Shown: positions 49,001 through 60,237, counted from the first letter of the stretch. The stretch is 64,000 nt of DNA from an uncultured Planctomycetota bacterium (GCA_963845755.1 CAWJTV010000027.1:160001-224000); one strand, 5' to 3'. Notes: a model not told the origin generated them from the sequence alone. Numbers and translations are program-made.

Positions 49001-49149
49001 TTTCACCCACCCTACAAGATTCTCGGATCGTTTCATAGCCGAGCGTGAGGGATGTGACCTCCTGACGGCCGATGATCGGCTCGTGCGAACCCTCAAGCCA
49101 ACCTTCCCCTTCATCACGCCGCTAGGGGCGATGCCGTAATCCGGGCACA

Positions 49150-49620
49150 TTGTGGCGGTGCTCGACAATCTTTGCCATCTGGAGGATCAGGGTCAACTTC
49201 GCCACGATCGCCGATTTGCCGATGCCGGATCCCCGGTGATCAAGAGCGCCCGCTGCCGATCGGGCTCGGTCCTGTGGGCTTGGCCGAGCGGTCTCGATCG
49301 CCTCCAACAGCCTTCGGAAACCGCGTTGATACGCCTCGCCGAAGTCGTGCCACTGGAGCATTTCCACATAGTCAAGCCGAAAGATCACAAACGACGGCGG
49401 GCAGGAAACGGCCACCATCGGCACGATCGGCACCTTGCAGGAGAAGCGAGCGAGGTGGAGGTCGTCGAGGCAGACGCTGGCCAGGTCGTCGGGGCTGTCC
49501 GAGTCGCCCGATTCGCAGATGGCGTGGGGGCTGAGCAGGGCCTTACGAGCTGAGTGCTGCGGAGACCGTCCTCGATCTCGCGCAGGAAGTACGTCCCGAG
49601 CGGATCTTCCGGGTGTCGCG
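49150..49620 (-). pseudogene. Decayed TIR domain plus P-loop NTPase fragment
   Basis: Pieces across frames: LREIEDGLRSTQLV/ALLSPHA, SVCLDDL, VPIVPMVAVSC..FVIFRLDYVEMLQW, LLITGDP/GIGKSAIVAKL. Confidence 0.6.
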
Positions 49621-49855
49621 CAGACCTCGTGGCCGAAGAGCGAGAGATCCTGCTCGAGGCGGTCGGCCAGCTCCGCGGCATCGCGGCGGCCGTAGCTGAG
49701 GAAGAGCCGCGCTTCGGGAGCCGGAGGAGGCGACGAATCGGCGGGCGCCGTGGGAGTTCACTCGTGCTCGCAGTTGTCGCAGGACGAGTCGTCCCGCGAC
49801 TTGCGGAAGTGGAGTTCGGATCACCCGTACCACGGACAAGTGGTCGGAAAGGCGC

Positions 49856-52382
49856 TCATCGCGAAACTCCTCCTGGATGTTTCGAGTCCGGCTCACCTTC
49901 GAGCTGGATCAGGTAGAGATGGTTGCTCGCCGACCCGGCCCAGATCCGTCCGGAGGGGTGGGTCGTGATGTTCCTCATCGCGGCCGGGAACCAGGCCACG
50001 GCCTCGCCACCACTCGCCGGTGCGATCACCGTCTCCAGATCCCAGCTCATCGCCCGCCACGGAGGCGCCTTTTCCGCCGCCGCGATTGAGGTGACATCGT
50101 CGGAACCCTGGATCATCTCGAGGCATTCCCCGCTCTCCGCGTCCCACACCCGCACCGTGCTGTCACTCGACCCGATGACGGGCCAGCGCGAGCTGATAAT
50201 GATGCGGCGGCCGTCGGGGGAATACGCCACGCTCTCGACCCCGCCCGGATGTCCGCGGAGGCAAGCCATCTCCACCCCGCCTTCCGCATCCCACACCCGC
50301 ACCGTCTGGTCGTCCGACCCGGTGACGATGCGGCGTCCGTCGGGGGAATACGCCACGCTCAAGACCCATTTCTTATGGCCACGGAGGCAGGCGATCTGCG
50401 GACCGCCCAAGGCCAGTTCGGGCGGGCGGAGAGAACGCAGCCAGACGAAGCCGCAGAAGCGTTTCTCCCTGACCTCGCGCCAGGATTCCAGCAGAGTCGA
50501 GAGCCGATGGGGCGCGGAGCGGGACCAAGTTGGGCCCTCGGCGGGCCAGCCGATCGGTGGCGGATCATAATGGGCGGCCGCTTCAGGACAGTCATACCAC
50601 CAGCACCGGTTCCACAGGCACTGGAACAGGGTGGTGGGATGGCGAGCCAGGAAGTGGAGGTCGGCGCGGAGGGCCTGCTCCAGCAGCCGTAAGTGCCGGC
50701 GGGCGGAACGATCGGCCGGGATGCGGTCCGCGGCCCTGGTGAAGTCCATGGCCAGGTCGAAGACCAAGCCGGCCTCGGCCTTGGCTTCCAGCCAGCACAG
50801 GTCCAGGAGCAGACTGATCAGTTCGTTATCCCGCCCCGCTTCGGCGAGGTGGTGGCGCAGATGCTGGAAGAAATAGCCGTCGTTCGGGCCGGACGGCCAG
50901 CCCTCGGGGCACCGCTGGGAGTAGGCGTCGAGCATTTGCTGGTGCAGGGCGACCCGGTCGCCGGCGAGATGGATGGCGTAGTCGTAGATCAGGTCGTGGA
51001 GCGACACGCGGCGTTTCGGGTCGTCGCCGGTCTCCTCAGCCTCGCGATCCAGTTGCACCAGGGCGCGGCGCGTCCAGTATGGTGAGCAGCCGGCGCGCAT
51101 CGCGCTCCTTCATGGGGCCGGTGTGCGACCAGAGCGTCGCCACGGCGGCCTCGGGGATCATCTCGTCGGGCGGGAAGACGGCCAGCTCGGCAAAGCGGCG
51201 GGCCTGGTCGGGCGCGAGGGCGTCGATGCTGACCTTGATCGACTTCAAGATGTTGCCGTGCGGATGGTCGAGGAATTCGAGGTCGGCCTCACACAGCGCG
51301 GCGAGGATGTCGGCCCAGGAGGTGCCGTCGCGACGCATGGCGCCGCAGATCGACAGCGCCAGCGGCAAGCGGCCGCATTCGGCCACCACCGCGCGGGCGG
51401 CGGGCGGCAGGGCGCCCTCGGGGCATTCGGCCCACTGGGCCAGCAGCGCCAGGGCCTCCGCTTCCGTGAGGAGCTGGACCTGGTGCGGCGTGCCACCCAG
51501 GGATGTGATCAGCGCGGCGTCGCGGGTGGTGATGACGGCGCGGCAGCGCGGGCCGAGCACGTCGAAAGCCTCGGCGTGGGTGCGGTCCCACACGTCGTCA
51601 AGGACGAGCAAGACGGCCTTGTGATCCAGCAATTCGTGGAGCTTGCCCTTGCCCTGTGGCTCACTATCGAAATGGCCGGGATCGCCGAGGGCCTGCGCGA
51701 CGCGGCGCTGGAGGGTCACGAGCGTCGGCTGCTGGCCGATGCCGACCCAGATCACGCCGTCGGGAAACGCCCGCCGCACCTCGTGGTCGCGCGCCAGCGC
51801 GGCGGCCAGGACCGACTTGCCGATCCCGCCCATGCCGTGGATGCTCGTCCGCGCGGCCGCGCCGGTGATGACCACCGGCCGATGCAGGTCGGCCAGTACG
51901 GCGTCCTTGAGCGCGCGGAGGCGATCCTGGCGGCGAAGGAAGTGCGGCGGCAACGACGGGACGGCGATCAGCTTGCCCATCGGCGCCACCGACTCGGAGA
52001 GCTGGCGCACCAGCGTTTCCAGCCGGGCGGCGTAGTGCCGATCGTCGCGGAAGTCGGGCGCGTCGAGCAGCTTCAGCTCGTCGGGTAGCAGGTCGTAATC
52101 GCCCAGTCGCAGTACGGGGTTGATCGCCTTGCCGATCTCCAGTGCGTAGAGCCACTCGGCGCGGACGTAGTCGGAGGTGACCGCCTTCGGACCGACCACG
52201 AGCACGAAGCGATCGCGCGCGGTGATGGCGTCGCGGATCTCTTGCAGGAACGTGAGTGCCCGGCCCGGCATCGACTGGCGGTCCCACCAGACGTCGAAAC
52301 CGCGCGCGGACAGGTCGTGATAGAGCCGCTCGGCGAACGGCTCGTCATCATCGCGGGCGTAGGAGAGGAAGAGGCTGGACAT
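49856..52382 (-). CDS. TIR - NB-ARC - APAF1-like helical - WD40 protein (NLR-like); indel near 51075
   Basis: LFLSYARDD, DVWWD, SDYVRAEW; GMGGIGKS, LLVLDDVW, RLPLAL, LHDLIYDYA; DGYFFQHLRHHL; two SVAYSPDGRRI...TVRVWD repeats. Confidence 0.9.
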
Positions 52383-52628
52383 GGCCGTGCCAATCCGTCC
52401 GATATGGCCAGCAGGATTGCCGAGGCCCGATCAACGGCAAACGCGGCCGCGTCGCGCTCCAGGCACCCACCGAACGGCATCGAGTCCGGCAAGGGTGATG
52501 ATACTCCACGAATCGGCTCGGGTGAAAGCGCGGCGCCGGCTCGGCCCGAGCTCGGAGATCGACGAGGACATCCCGGCCGACGCCTTCGCCCTCGACGTCC
52601 CTAACCGGATCCGCCGCGTCCGTGACAC

Positions 52629-54144
52629 CGGTGTGCGTCACATTAGTTGGTGGTACAGGCGATCAGTTGTGCGAGAAATCGCGGCTCCAGAAGGCTTCCC
52701 ATTGGCCTTTTTCGCTGCGGTAGAGCGCGCGGAGGTGGCAAACGGCATTGGCTCCGTCCTCGCCCCAACGCATGCCGGCCAACTTCAGTCGTTGGCCCAC
52801 GACCGTTTTGCACGCGCGCTCCACCGCGCCACTGCCGATGCACCAGCCGTGGGCCAAGTATTCGGGGTACTCCATCCGATGCGCGTTCCGCTGGAGGTAA
52901 CCGACCAGTTCGTCGACGGCCTCGCTCAGGCCCACCCGGCGCGGCCAGTCCCCTTCGCGCAGGACCGCCGCCAGAACCGCGCCCCCTTCCTCCTTCAGGA
53001 GATGACACCATTGCCGCGCTTGATCCTCGGATTGGTCCTCGTCCTGAGGGTAAAGCAGCCGTGCCAGTCCGGTGAGCTTCTCCGCGGGGTGAAAGAAGTC
53101 AAGGATGATCACTTCCACTCGCGGGAAGTTCTCCCGCAGCCGGTCCTCCAGCCCATTGCCGCCGTCGGAGAGCCCGATCCAACGATCGGCCCGATCCATG
53201 CCGACGTGCCCGGCCGGCGTGCGGAGCAGCGGACCGAAGTCTTCCAAGGAGTACATCCCCGAGAGGTAACGCGCCTGCATCGGCAACGGCTTCTCGTCCG
53301 GCCACGGCCATTCGGGACTGGGGTTGCAGACCATCCCCACGTAGGCCATCCGGCCCTCGGCGGCGCCGCCGGCCTGGCCTTGCTGCCGGACGCCAGTGGC
53401 GTCGAGTTCGACGTAGGCACATCGGCGGCCGTCGTAGTCCTTGTGCCAGGGCCAATCCCCCTTGGGACCCAGCGCCACACCGGCCTGCACGACGTCCGCT
53501 AGCCGTTGACCCGCGCCTTCGGTGGTTCGTTCGACCGTGGATTCCCCGAGCCGAACGCCGGCCATCTCTTCGAGCAGTTCGCCCCCCTTCTCGAAACTGT
53601 CGGCGACCGTCCCGGCCAAGGTCGTGACCCGCTCCAAAGCGGGTGTCAGCTTCCGTGCCGTCAAGCCCGCCGCCTCATCGAACGGGAAGCTCCCCTGGCC
53701 ACAGCACCGGCAGAGATAATAGGCGCTGGTAGGGGACAGGACCGACAAGGCTCAGAGGGGTAGGGGCGCGGTGCGAGTGGAATTCGGCGGTCATCCCACA
53801 GTGGGGGCAGGTCACACTGGAGCCGTGGTATCCGTTTTTTTTTGCGCCAGTCGCTGTGCGAGGGCCTTGGCGGCAATCTTGTGGGCGAGGGCGCGAATCC
53901 GGAATTCGTTGTTGCCGAAGACGTGGGCATCGTCGGTGGTGGCGAGGGTGGCAGCGAGTTCGCCGATCTCGGCGTCAACGGCCTCATGGATGGCTCGGGC
54001 GAGGTCATCGATCTCGGCCTGCTTCTCGGCTGACAAGGGAGCGGCTGGCATGACAGACTCCGTTTCCTGGGCGCAATTCTCCTCAACAACGTCCGCAATC
54101 CCTCTTGTGTACAAAAAATCCACCAACTTTCAAGACGCCCACCG
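52629..54144 (-). mobile_element. ISKra4-family insertion sequence (1516 bp)
   Basis: Imperfect inverted repeats CGGTGTGCGTCACATTAGTTGGTGG / CCACCAACTTTCAAGACGCCCACCG; 9-bp target duplication CCGTGACAC at 52620-52628 and 54145-54153. Confidence 0.9.
52663..54051 (-). CDS. ISKra4-family transposase split at an A9 run, with a second break near 53725
   Basis: ORF A MPAAPLS...AQKK; then CPHCG, YYLCRCC, YVELDATG, LSDGGNG, ILDFFHPAE and IGSGAVERACK. Confidence 0.88.
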
Positions 54145-54272
54145 CCGTGACACGGAGGCGGCACTTTTTTCTTGATTCGGCGATCGCCGTATATCCATGA
54201 TGTTCGGAGACGTAACGGTATCTCACCCCGGCGTCTCTCTCGAGCCGGGCCGTCCCCTTTCAGGAGCGTTCC

Positions 54273-54452
54273 ATGGCGACGTTCGAGATCTACAAGGACA
54301 AGTCGGGCCAGTTCCGCTGGCGGTTGAAGGCCTCCAACGGCAAGATCATCGCCGACTGCGGGGAGGGCTATGTGGCGAAGTCGGATTGCCAGCATGGGAT
54401 CGATCTGGTCAAGAGCGATTCCGCCTCAGCGGAGGTCAAGGACAACTCCTGA
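54273..54452 (+). CDS. YegP/DUF1508 family small protein (59 aa, missing from the ORF track)
   Basis: MATFEIYKDKSGQFRWRLKASNGKIIADCGEGYVAKSDCQHGIDLVK; AGGAG ribosome-binding site. Confidence 0.9.
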   Translation: MATFEIYKDKSGQFRWRLKASNGKIIADCGEGYVAKSDCQHGIDLVKSDSASAEVKDNS

Positions 54453-54485
54453 GTCATCAGGAAGGCCCGCACCAACTCGGGGCAG

Positions 54486-54535
54486 AAAATAATGGCGGTT
54501 CATTTTTTGTTATAAAAATGAACCGCCATTATTTT
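54486..54535. terminator. Perfect 22-bp-stem hairpin, likely bidirectional terminator
   Basis: AAAATAATGGCGGTTCATTTTT-tgttat-AAAAATGAACCGCCATTATTTT followed by a T run; lies between convergent genes. Confidence 0.7.
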
Positions 54536-54558
54536 TTTATTAAAAATTCATATTTTAC

Positions 54559-54690
54559 ATGACTTGTGCGACCCTGATCGAGGACGGGAATCGCTCGCCC
54601 TCGCTGGGCGGATGGGAGGGGGCGATGTGCGACTGCCCCGAGGCCGCCTGGGAGGCGAGCCGGTGGCCAGTGATCGAGGATGACCTCGCT
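54559..54690 (+). pseudogene. Degenerate duplicate of the first 44 codons of the kinase at 56519
   Basis: Gap-free alignment to 56519-56650 with 22 mismatches in 132 nt (manual count). Confidence 0.85.
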
Positions 54691-54728
54691 CGAAGTGCCC
54701 CAATCTTCTCGGAGCCGTTCTTTCGACC

Positions 54729-55562
54729 TCATGAGGCGGGGGCAACACCCGGTCTTGAACACCGACGCCTCTCGAACGCCACGGCGCCCGCTACTACGAT
54801 CAGGCCGGTGAGAAACAAGGTCAACGTGGCGGGTTCCGGGACCGCGTAGGCCACCGTGAAACCGATCCCGTCGGCCGGTACCTGCTGCACGTCGAGGGAT
54901 AGGGTCGTATCTTGACCGCTCGGTTGGTAGAGGGCCCAGCCCGTGTTCCTCGGATCGCCCGAACCGTCGCTGCTGAAGGTCAGGGTGTTACTGTCAAACA
55001 CCGTCTTCGACGTGAGCCCTCCGAAGTTGTACTCGCCCACCAAGCTTCCGGGCTCGGACACCTTCGCCGTGGTCCCACGCGCCAGCCCAGCAACAACGAG
55101 GAGCAGGTCCGACTTCGCAGGCGGCCCGTTCAGGAAATCGAAGGTGAATGTGTAGTTCTCGTTGGAAGACGTGTTGTTGAAAATATTGAAACGCGTCGTG
55201 TCGGTCCCCCAAGAAAACGGACCCGCCGACTGATTCTGCGCGCCGGTCTGGTCGAAGTAGGTGAGTTGTGAGCCGGGCACGCCAGTCACGCTGACGTTAA
55301 CGGAACCATTGTAGCCTGGCAAGTAATAGTCCCCGGGCAAGTTCGCCGTTCCCGATGCCGGGACCGACAGGTATCCGATGACCTGACCGGCTTGCAGTTC
55401 CGGTTCGTAACACATCACCAGTCCGAGCATGACAACCGCAAATCGCGTCGCTGATCGTGTTGCGGCGCCAGCGGTGCCGTTCCTCATCGGAGGTCCTCCG
55501 AGGTTGACTCGCCCGGAAGACTTGATTGCGCGACCGATCGATCTGACCTTGAGCAGCGACAT
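54729..55562 (-). CDS. PEP-CTERM secreted protein (alternative start at 55487)
   Basis: Signal-like N-terminus; C-terminal VPEPATLTLFLTGLIVVAGAVAFERRR; GAGGAGG ribosome-binding site. Confidence 0.9.
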   Translation of the reverse strand: MSLLKVRSIGRAIKSSGRVNLGGPPMRNGTAGAATRSATRFAVVMLGLVMCYEPELQAGQVIGYLSVPASGTANLPGDYYLPGYNGSVNVSVTGVPGSQLTYFDQTGAQNQSAGPFSWGTDTTRFNIFNNTSSNENYTFTFDFLNGPPAKSDLLLVVAGLARGTTAKVSEPGSLVGEYNFGGLTSKTVFDSNTLTFSSDGSGDPRNTGWALYQPSGQDTTLSLDVQQVPADGIGFTVAYAVPEPATLTLFLTGLIVVAGAVAFERRRCSRPGVAPAS

Positions 55563-55640
55563 GAAACACCTCCTCGCAATGGGTCGGGATACAGGGTGAA
55601 ACGGCTCGGATCTCAAGCGAGCTAGCGACGTTTTCGCCCT

Positions 55641-55702
55641 CGCTCATGAGAGGAATCGCTGGCGCGGCGAAAAACCCCGCAACCCTGCCCCCGATTTATT
55701 CA
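55641..55702 (-). promoter_or_regulatory. Conserved upstream motif, copy 1 (candidate ECF promoter)
   Basis: Closely matches 62870-62931. Confidence 0.65.
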
Positions 55703-55933
55703 GAATTGGGTTTGCTCCCCGACAGGCTCGGTGCAAAGAGGGGTCTCGTGTCGGGCGGGTCATCGCGACAGAACCGACCTGGATGTCGATCGGGGAATGA
55801 AGTTGCGCCGCACCGATCGTCTCGCCAGATCAGGGTATCTGGTCAAGAAAATTATGATTGCAATCCGGGGGGCGAGGCCCGATCATGGATGCGTCAGCCC
55901 GGTCGTTCCTCGCCGTTGAAGGAAGCCGCATTC

Positions 55934-56522
55934 ATGGACCTCGAAGGTTCGGTCACGCGCTGGATCTCTCGGCTCAAGCACGGCGACCGCGCCGCCGCGG
56001 AGGCCCTCTGGCGGGCCTACTTCTACCGCCTCGTCGCCCTGGCCCGCGACCGCCTCCGCGGCGCCCCGGCCGAGCCGCCGACGAGGAGGACATCGCGCTG
56101 GCCGCCTTCGACAGCTTCTACCGCCGCGCCGAACGCGGCCAGTTCCCCAAGCTCGAGGGCCGCGACGACCTCTGGCAGCTCCTGTTCGTCCTCACCGTGC
56201 GCAAGGCCGTCAACCTGACGCGCCGCGAGGCCCGACAGCCCGGCGCGGCGCCCGGGGACGGTCGCCCGGGGAGGAGGCCGAGCTGAACATCGACCTGCTG
56301 CTGGGCACGGAGCCCACTCCCGAGTTCGCGGCCCTGGTGGCCGACGAGTGCCGGCGACTGCTGGATTGCCTGGAGGATGAGACGTTGCACGCCGTGGCGG
56401 TCTGGAAGATGGAAGGCCAGACCAACGCCGCGATCGCCGAACGGCTGGGCTGCGTCGAGTCGACGGTGGAGCGCAAACTGAAGCGCATCCGCGAACTCTG
56501 GGCCCGAGAGGGGATTACATGA
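55934..56522 (+). CDS. ECF sigma factor; indels
   Basis: EGSVTRWISRLKHGDRAAAEALW, DEEDIALAAFDSF, RDDLWQLL and KMEGQTNAAIAERLGCVESTVERKL; ATGA overlap with the kinase. Confidence 0.9.
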
Positions 56523-59500
56523 GCGGTTCGACCCCGACCGAGGAAGGGGACCGCTCGCCCTCGCTGGGCGGACGGGTGGAGGCGATGTGCGACCGCTTCG
56601 AGGCCGCCTGGAAGGCGGGCCGGCGGCCGGCGATCGAGGATTACCTCGGTGCCGTGTCCGAGTCGGGTCAGACGGCGCTGTTCCGCGAGCTGCTGGTGCT
56701 GGACCTCAACTACCGCGACCGGGTCGGGGATCGCTCGACGCCGGAAGACTACTCGGGGCGGTTCCCGGAGCATGCCGAGCTGATCGCGGCTGTTTTCAGC
56801 GACCAGATCATCACCCGGAGGGAGGGTTCCGTTGAAAGTCCCGACGTCACGCCGGTGCGCCCGGCGGGCGACGCGACCTCCGCGAGCCCGCGGTACCAGA
56901 TCCGCGAATCCCATGCCCGGGGCGGGCTGGGCGAGGTCTTCAAGGCCCACGATCAGGAGCTGCGCCGCGTGGTCGCCCTGAAGCGGATGCAGGCAGGCCA
57001 CGCCGACAGCCCGGAGAGCCGGGCGCGGTTCGTGCGCGAGGCCGAGATCACCGGCCGGCTGGAGCACCCGGGGATCGTCCCGGTCTATGGCCTGTGCCGC
57101 GACCCCGACGGCCGCCCGTATTACGCCATGCGGTTCATCGAGGGCAAGACCTTCAAGGAGGCGATCCAGCAGTTTCACAAGGCCGAGAGCCCTGGCCGCG
57201 AACCGGGCGGGCGGATCCTGGCGCTGCGGAAGCTGCTGCGGCACTTCCTCGACGCCTGCGACGCGGTGGGTTTCGCGCATAGCCGTGGGGTGCTGCACCG
57301 GGACCTGAAGCCGGCGAACATCATGCTGGGTCCCTACGGCGAGACGCTGGTGGTCGATTGGGGGCTGGCCAAGCCGGTCGGTCGCCCCGAGGAGGCGTCG
57401 CACACGGAGGAGGAGACCCTGCGACCCGATTCGGACGGCCTGGGCAACGTGACGCGCCCGGGCGACACGCCGGGCACTCCGGCCTACATGAGCCCGGAGC
57501 AGGCCGCGGGCGACCTCGACCGGCTCGGTCTGCCCTCCGACGTGTACAGCCTGGGGGCCACGCTGTACAGCCTCCTGACCGGTAAGCCGCCGTTCGAGGG
57601 TCGCGACCTCGCCGTCGTCCTGGAAAACGTGAGGAAGGGCGAATTCCCGCGGCCCCGGCAGGTTAACCGGAACATCGACCCGGCATTGGAGGCGATCTGC
57701 CTGAAGGCGATGGCCTTGAGGCCGGAGGATCGGTATACCACGCCCGGCGCGCTGGCCGAGGACCTCCATCGCTGGCTCGCCGACGAGCCGATCGTCGCCT
57801 GGCGCGAGCCGTGGTCGGTCCGGGCGCGGCGGTGGACCCGGAGGCACGGTCATCAGGTCGCCATCTCCTTCCTCCTTCTCCTCCTCCTGGCCGTCGTCGT
57901 CGCCGCCGCCGGGTGGACCTTGAATGAGCGCAAGAATGCGGAGATCGCGACTCGCAAGGCCGATCATGAGGCCACCCTGGCCACCCACGAAGCCGCCTCG
58001 CAACAGTATCACGCGATCCTCAACAGGATTCGGGCCAACCGGGGCCGGGTCGGCTGGACCCAGACCGGGCTCGACGACATCAGGAGGGCCGCGGAACTCG
58101 ACACGACATCCAGGGATCCCTCGGAGCTGAGGAACGAGGCCGCGGACTGCCTGATGGCGGTGGATGTGCGCCGATCCACCGTCCTGGGCGAGCGCTTCGA
58201 CGTCGGCCGGCTGGCATTCAGCCCCGACGGCAAAGTCATCGCGCTCGCCGAAAAAGAGGCAAACTCCCTTCTTTTTTTCGGACGTGTCCGCGTGATCGAC
58301 ATGGAAAATCTGACTGAGATTAAATTATTAAAATACAAAGAATTATATAATATCGCTGGGATTTCCCGCCCGGAGGGACGCGAGCGCGTCCTCAGCCTGG
58401 CCTTCTCCCCCGATGGTCGTCGGCTGGCCCTGGGGATGAGACTCGGCCGCGTGTGGCTCTGGGAGTGGGACCAGCCCGACCCTCCGCCCGTCGTGTGGGC
58501 GCGCATCGGAAATTCGCCGAAACTCTCGAGTTCGACCGGGATGGCAAGACGCTGTGGACCGGCTCGGGAGATGCCGTTGTGAAGCGATGGGACATCGCCG
58601 TGGGAACGCGGGAAACGCCGAGAGAAGTCGCCACATTCGATCTCAACAACATAAGTCCTGGTGACGCCAGGGTGCGCGACCTGGTGCTTGGCCAGGGTAC
58701 CCTGTGGGTGTCGTACGGCTGGGGCGAGTCCGAAACGGTCGCGACTCTTGATCCTCAGACCCTCAAACCCGACGAGGCGCAGGTCAAACGCAAAGGTAGC
58801 CTCTTGCTCGGCGTTCGACTCTGCCTCAGCCCCGATCTCAAGACGCTCGCTGGCGCGACGAAGAATATGATCCGCTTGATGGACGCGCAGAGCGGCGCGA
58901 GGTTCAGGGACCTGGTCAACACGAGCATCGATATCAGCCATGATCTCGACGACGCCGGGGACCACCAGGCGTTGCAGTTCAGCCCCGACGGCAGCCTCCT
59001 GGCATCTTGCCGGGGACGCGACGGCTACGTCGGACTCTGGGACGTCGCAGGGGCACGGGTCGTGGCAAGGATCCCGATGCTCAACAAGGCGGGTTGCAAT
59101 AGCGCCTTCAGCCCGGACGGCCGCTATCTTGCGGTGCCCCGAGAACAGGGCGTCGTCCTCTACGAACTCCTTGGCCGTGACATCGCCCGGACGGCGGCGC
59201 AGAACCAGTCGTGCGTGAGCGACTTCGACTGGTCTCCCGACGGCCATGCTCTCGCCTGGATCGCCGACGATGGCCGCCAGTTCGAGGTGACCGTCGCCCC
59301 GGTGTTCCGGCGCGGCGAGCCGGTCAGGAAATCCTTCCCCAAGTCCGGCTTCCCCCCAGAGGGGCCTCACATCGCGTTTCATCCCAAGGGGTCGGTCGTG
59401 GCTTTTTACACGGGGAGAGACGCGTATCTCTGGGACTACGGTCGAGGCGATGCTCCCACGCGGATCTCCGCGGGCTTCGTCGGCCCGCTGGCGTTCTCAC

Positions 59501-60237
59501 CCGACGGTTTGCGGCTCTGGGGCCTCGCAACCAAGGGAAGTGTCGATTCCTGGACGTTATTGCCCGCGATCCGGGTGACCCACTGGGCGGACACCAGTGG
59601 GACGTTGTCGGGCTTGATCGAGACCAGTCGATTGACCAGGCTCGAGGCCGTGAGCGGATTCGAAGGGTTAAACGGGTTGAGCGCCGACGCTCGCTGGGTC
59701 CTCGCAGCGGGCAATGACGGCCGGGACAGGCTCCTGGATGCCCGGGACGGGACACTCCGGGCGATGTGGCATGACGAGGGCGACTTCTTGGTGAATCCCG
59801 GGGTCGACCCGGTGCGCAGCGTCGCGCTGAGTCCCGACGGAATCCTCGGGGCCTCGGGGATGCAATCGGGCCGGATCTGGCTGCGGCGGGTCCCCGACGG
59901 CGAGGAAGTGGCCGCACTCGACAAGCACCAAGGGGCCGTCGACGCCCTCGCCTTTCAACCCGACGGCCGCCTGCTGGCCTCGGGCTCCCGCGACGGGACG
60001 ATTCGGCTCTGGCGGCCTGTCGGCAAGAACTGGTCCGAGGTCCTCATGCTCCGGACGCCGGGAAGCCCCGTCCGCCGCCTCCGGTTCAGTCCCGACGGCA
60101 CCAAGCTGGCGGTGCTGTTCCGTAGCGAGACGGCCGTCCGGATCTGGGACATCGCCTCCTTGCGCATCCGACTGGCGGCGATGGGTCTGGATTGGGACAA
60201 AGATGCGAGGCCCGTCCCGGAAGGGCGCGTGGAATAG
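56519..60237 (+). CDS. Ser/Thr kinase - TM - WD40 protein; indel near 58500
   Basis: HARGGLGEV, VLHRDLKPANIMLG, DWGLAK, GTPAYMSPEQA; hydrophobic helix; many FSPDG WD40 repeats. Confidence 0.9.

Larger units (their letters stand above)
47262..49034. mobile_element. MITE of about 110 bp carrying a GTAG REP doublet, itself interrupted by an IS4
   Basis: Terminal inverted repeats GAAACGGTCCGAGAA / TTCTCGGATCGTTTC (1 mismatch); TA(G) on both flanks; internal GTAGGGTGGGTGAAACCCACC and its inverse. Confidence 0.8.
46938..49139 (+). pseudogene. vapC: VapC PIN-domain toxin interrupted by a nested insertion
   Basis: MKYVLDSNVALKW...IGVYDCLYVAL (to 47261) rejoins AEREGCDLLTADDRLVRTL...MP* (49038-49139). 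Confidence 0.9.

Noticed and set aside
54559..56650. Possible DGR template/variable repeat pair
   Set aside because: The mismatches are not adenine-specific (half are C>T or G>A), the copy matches a gene 5' end, and no reverse transcriptase is present in the window.
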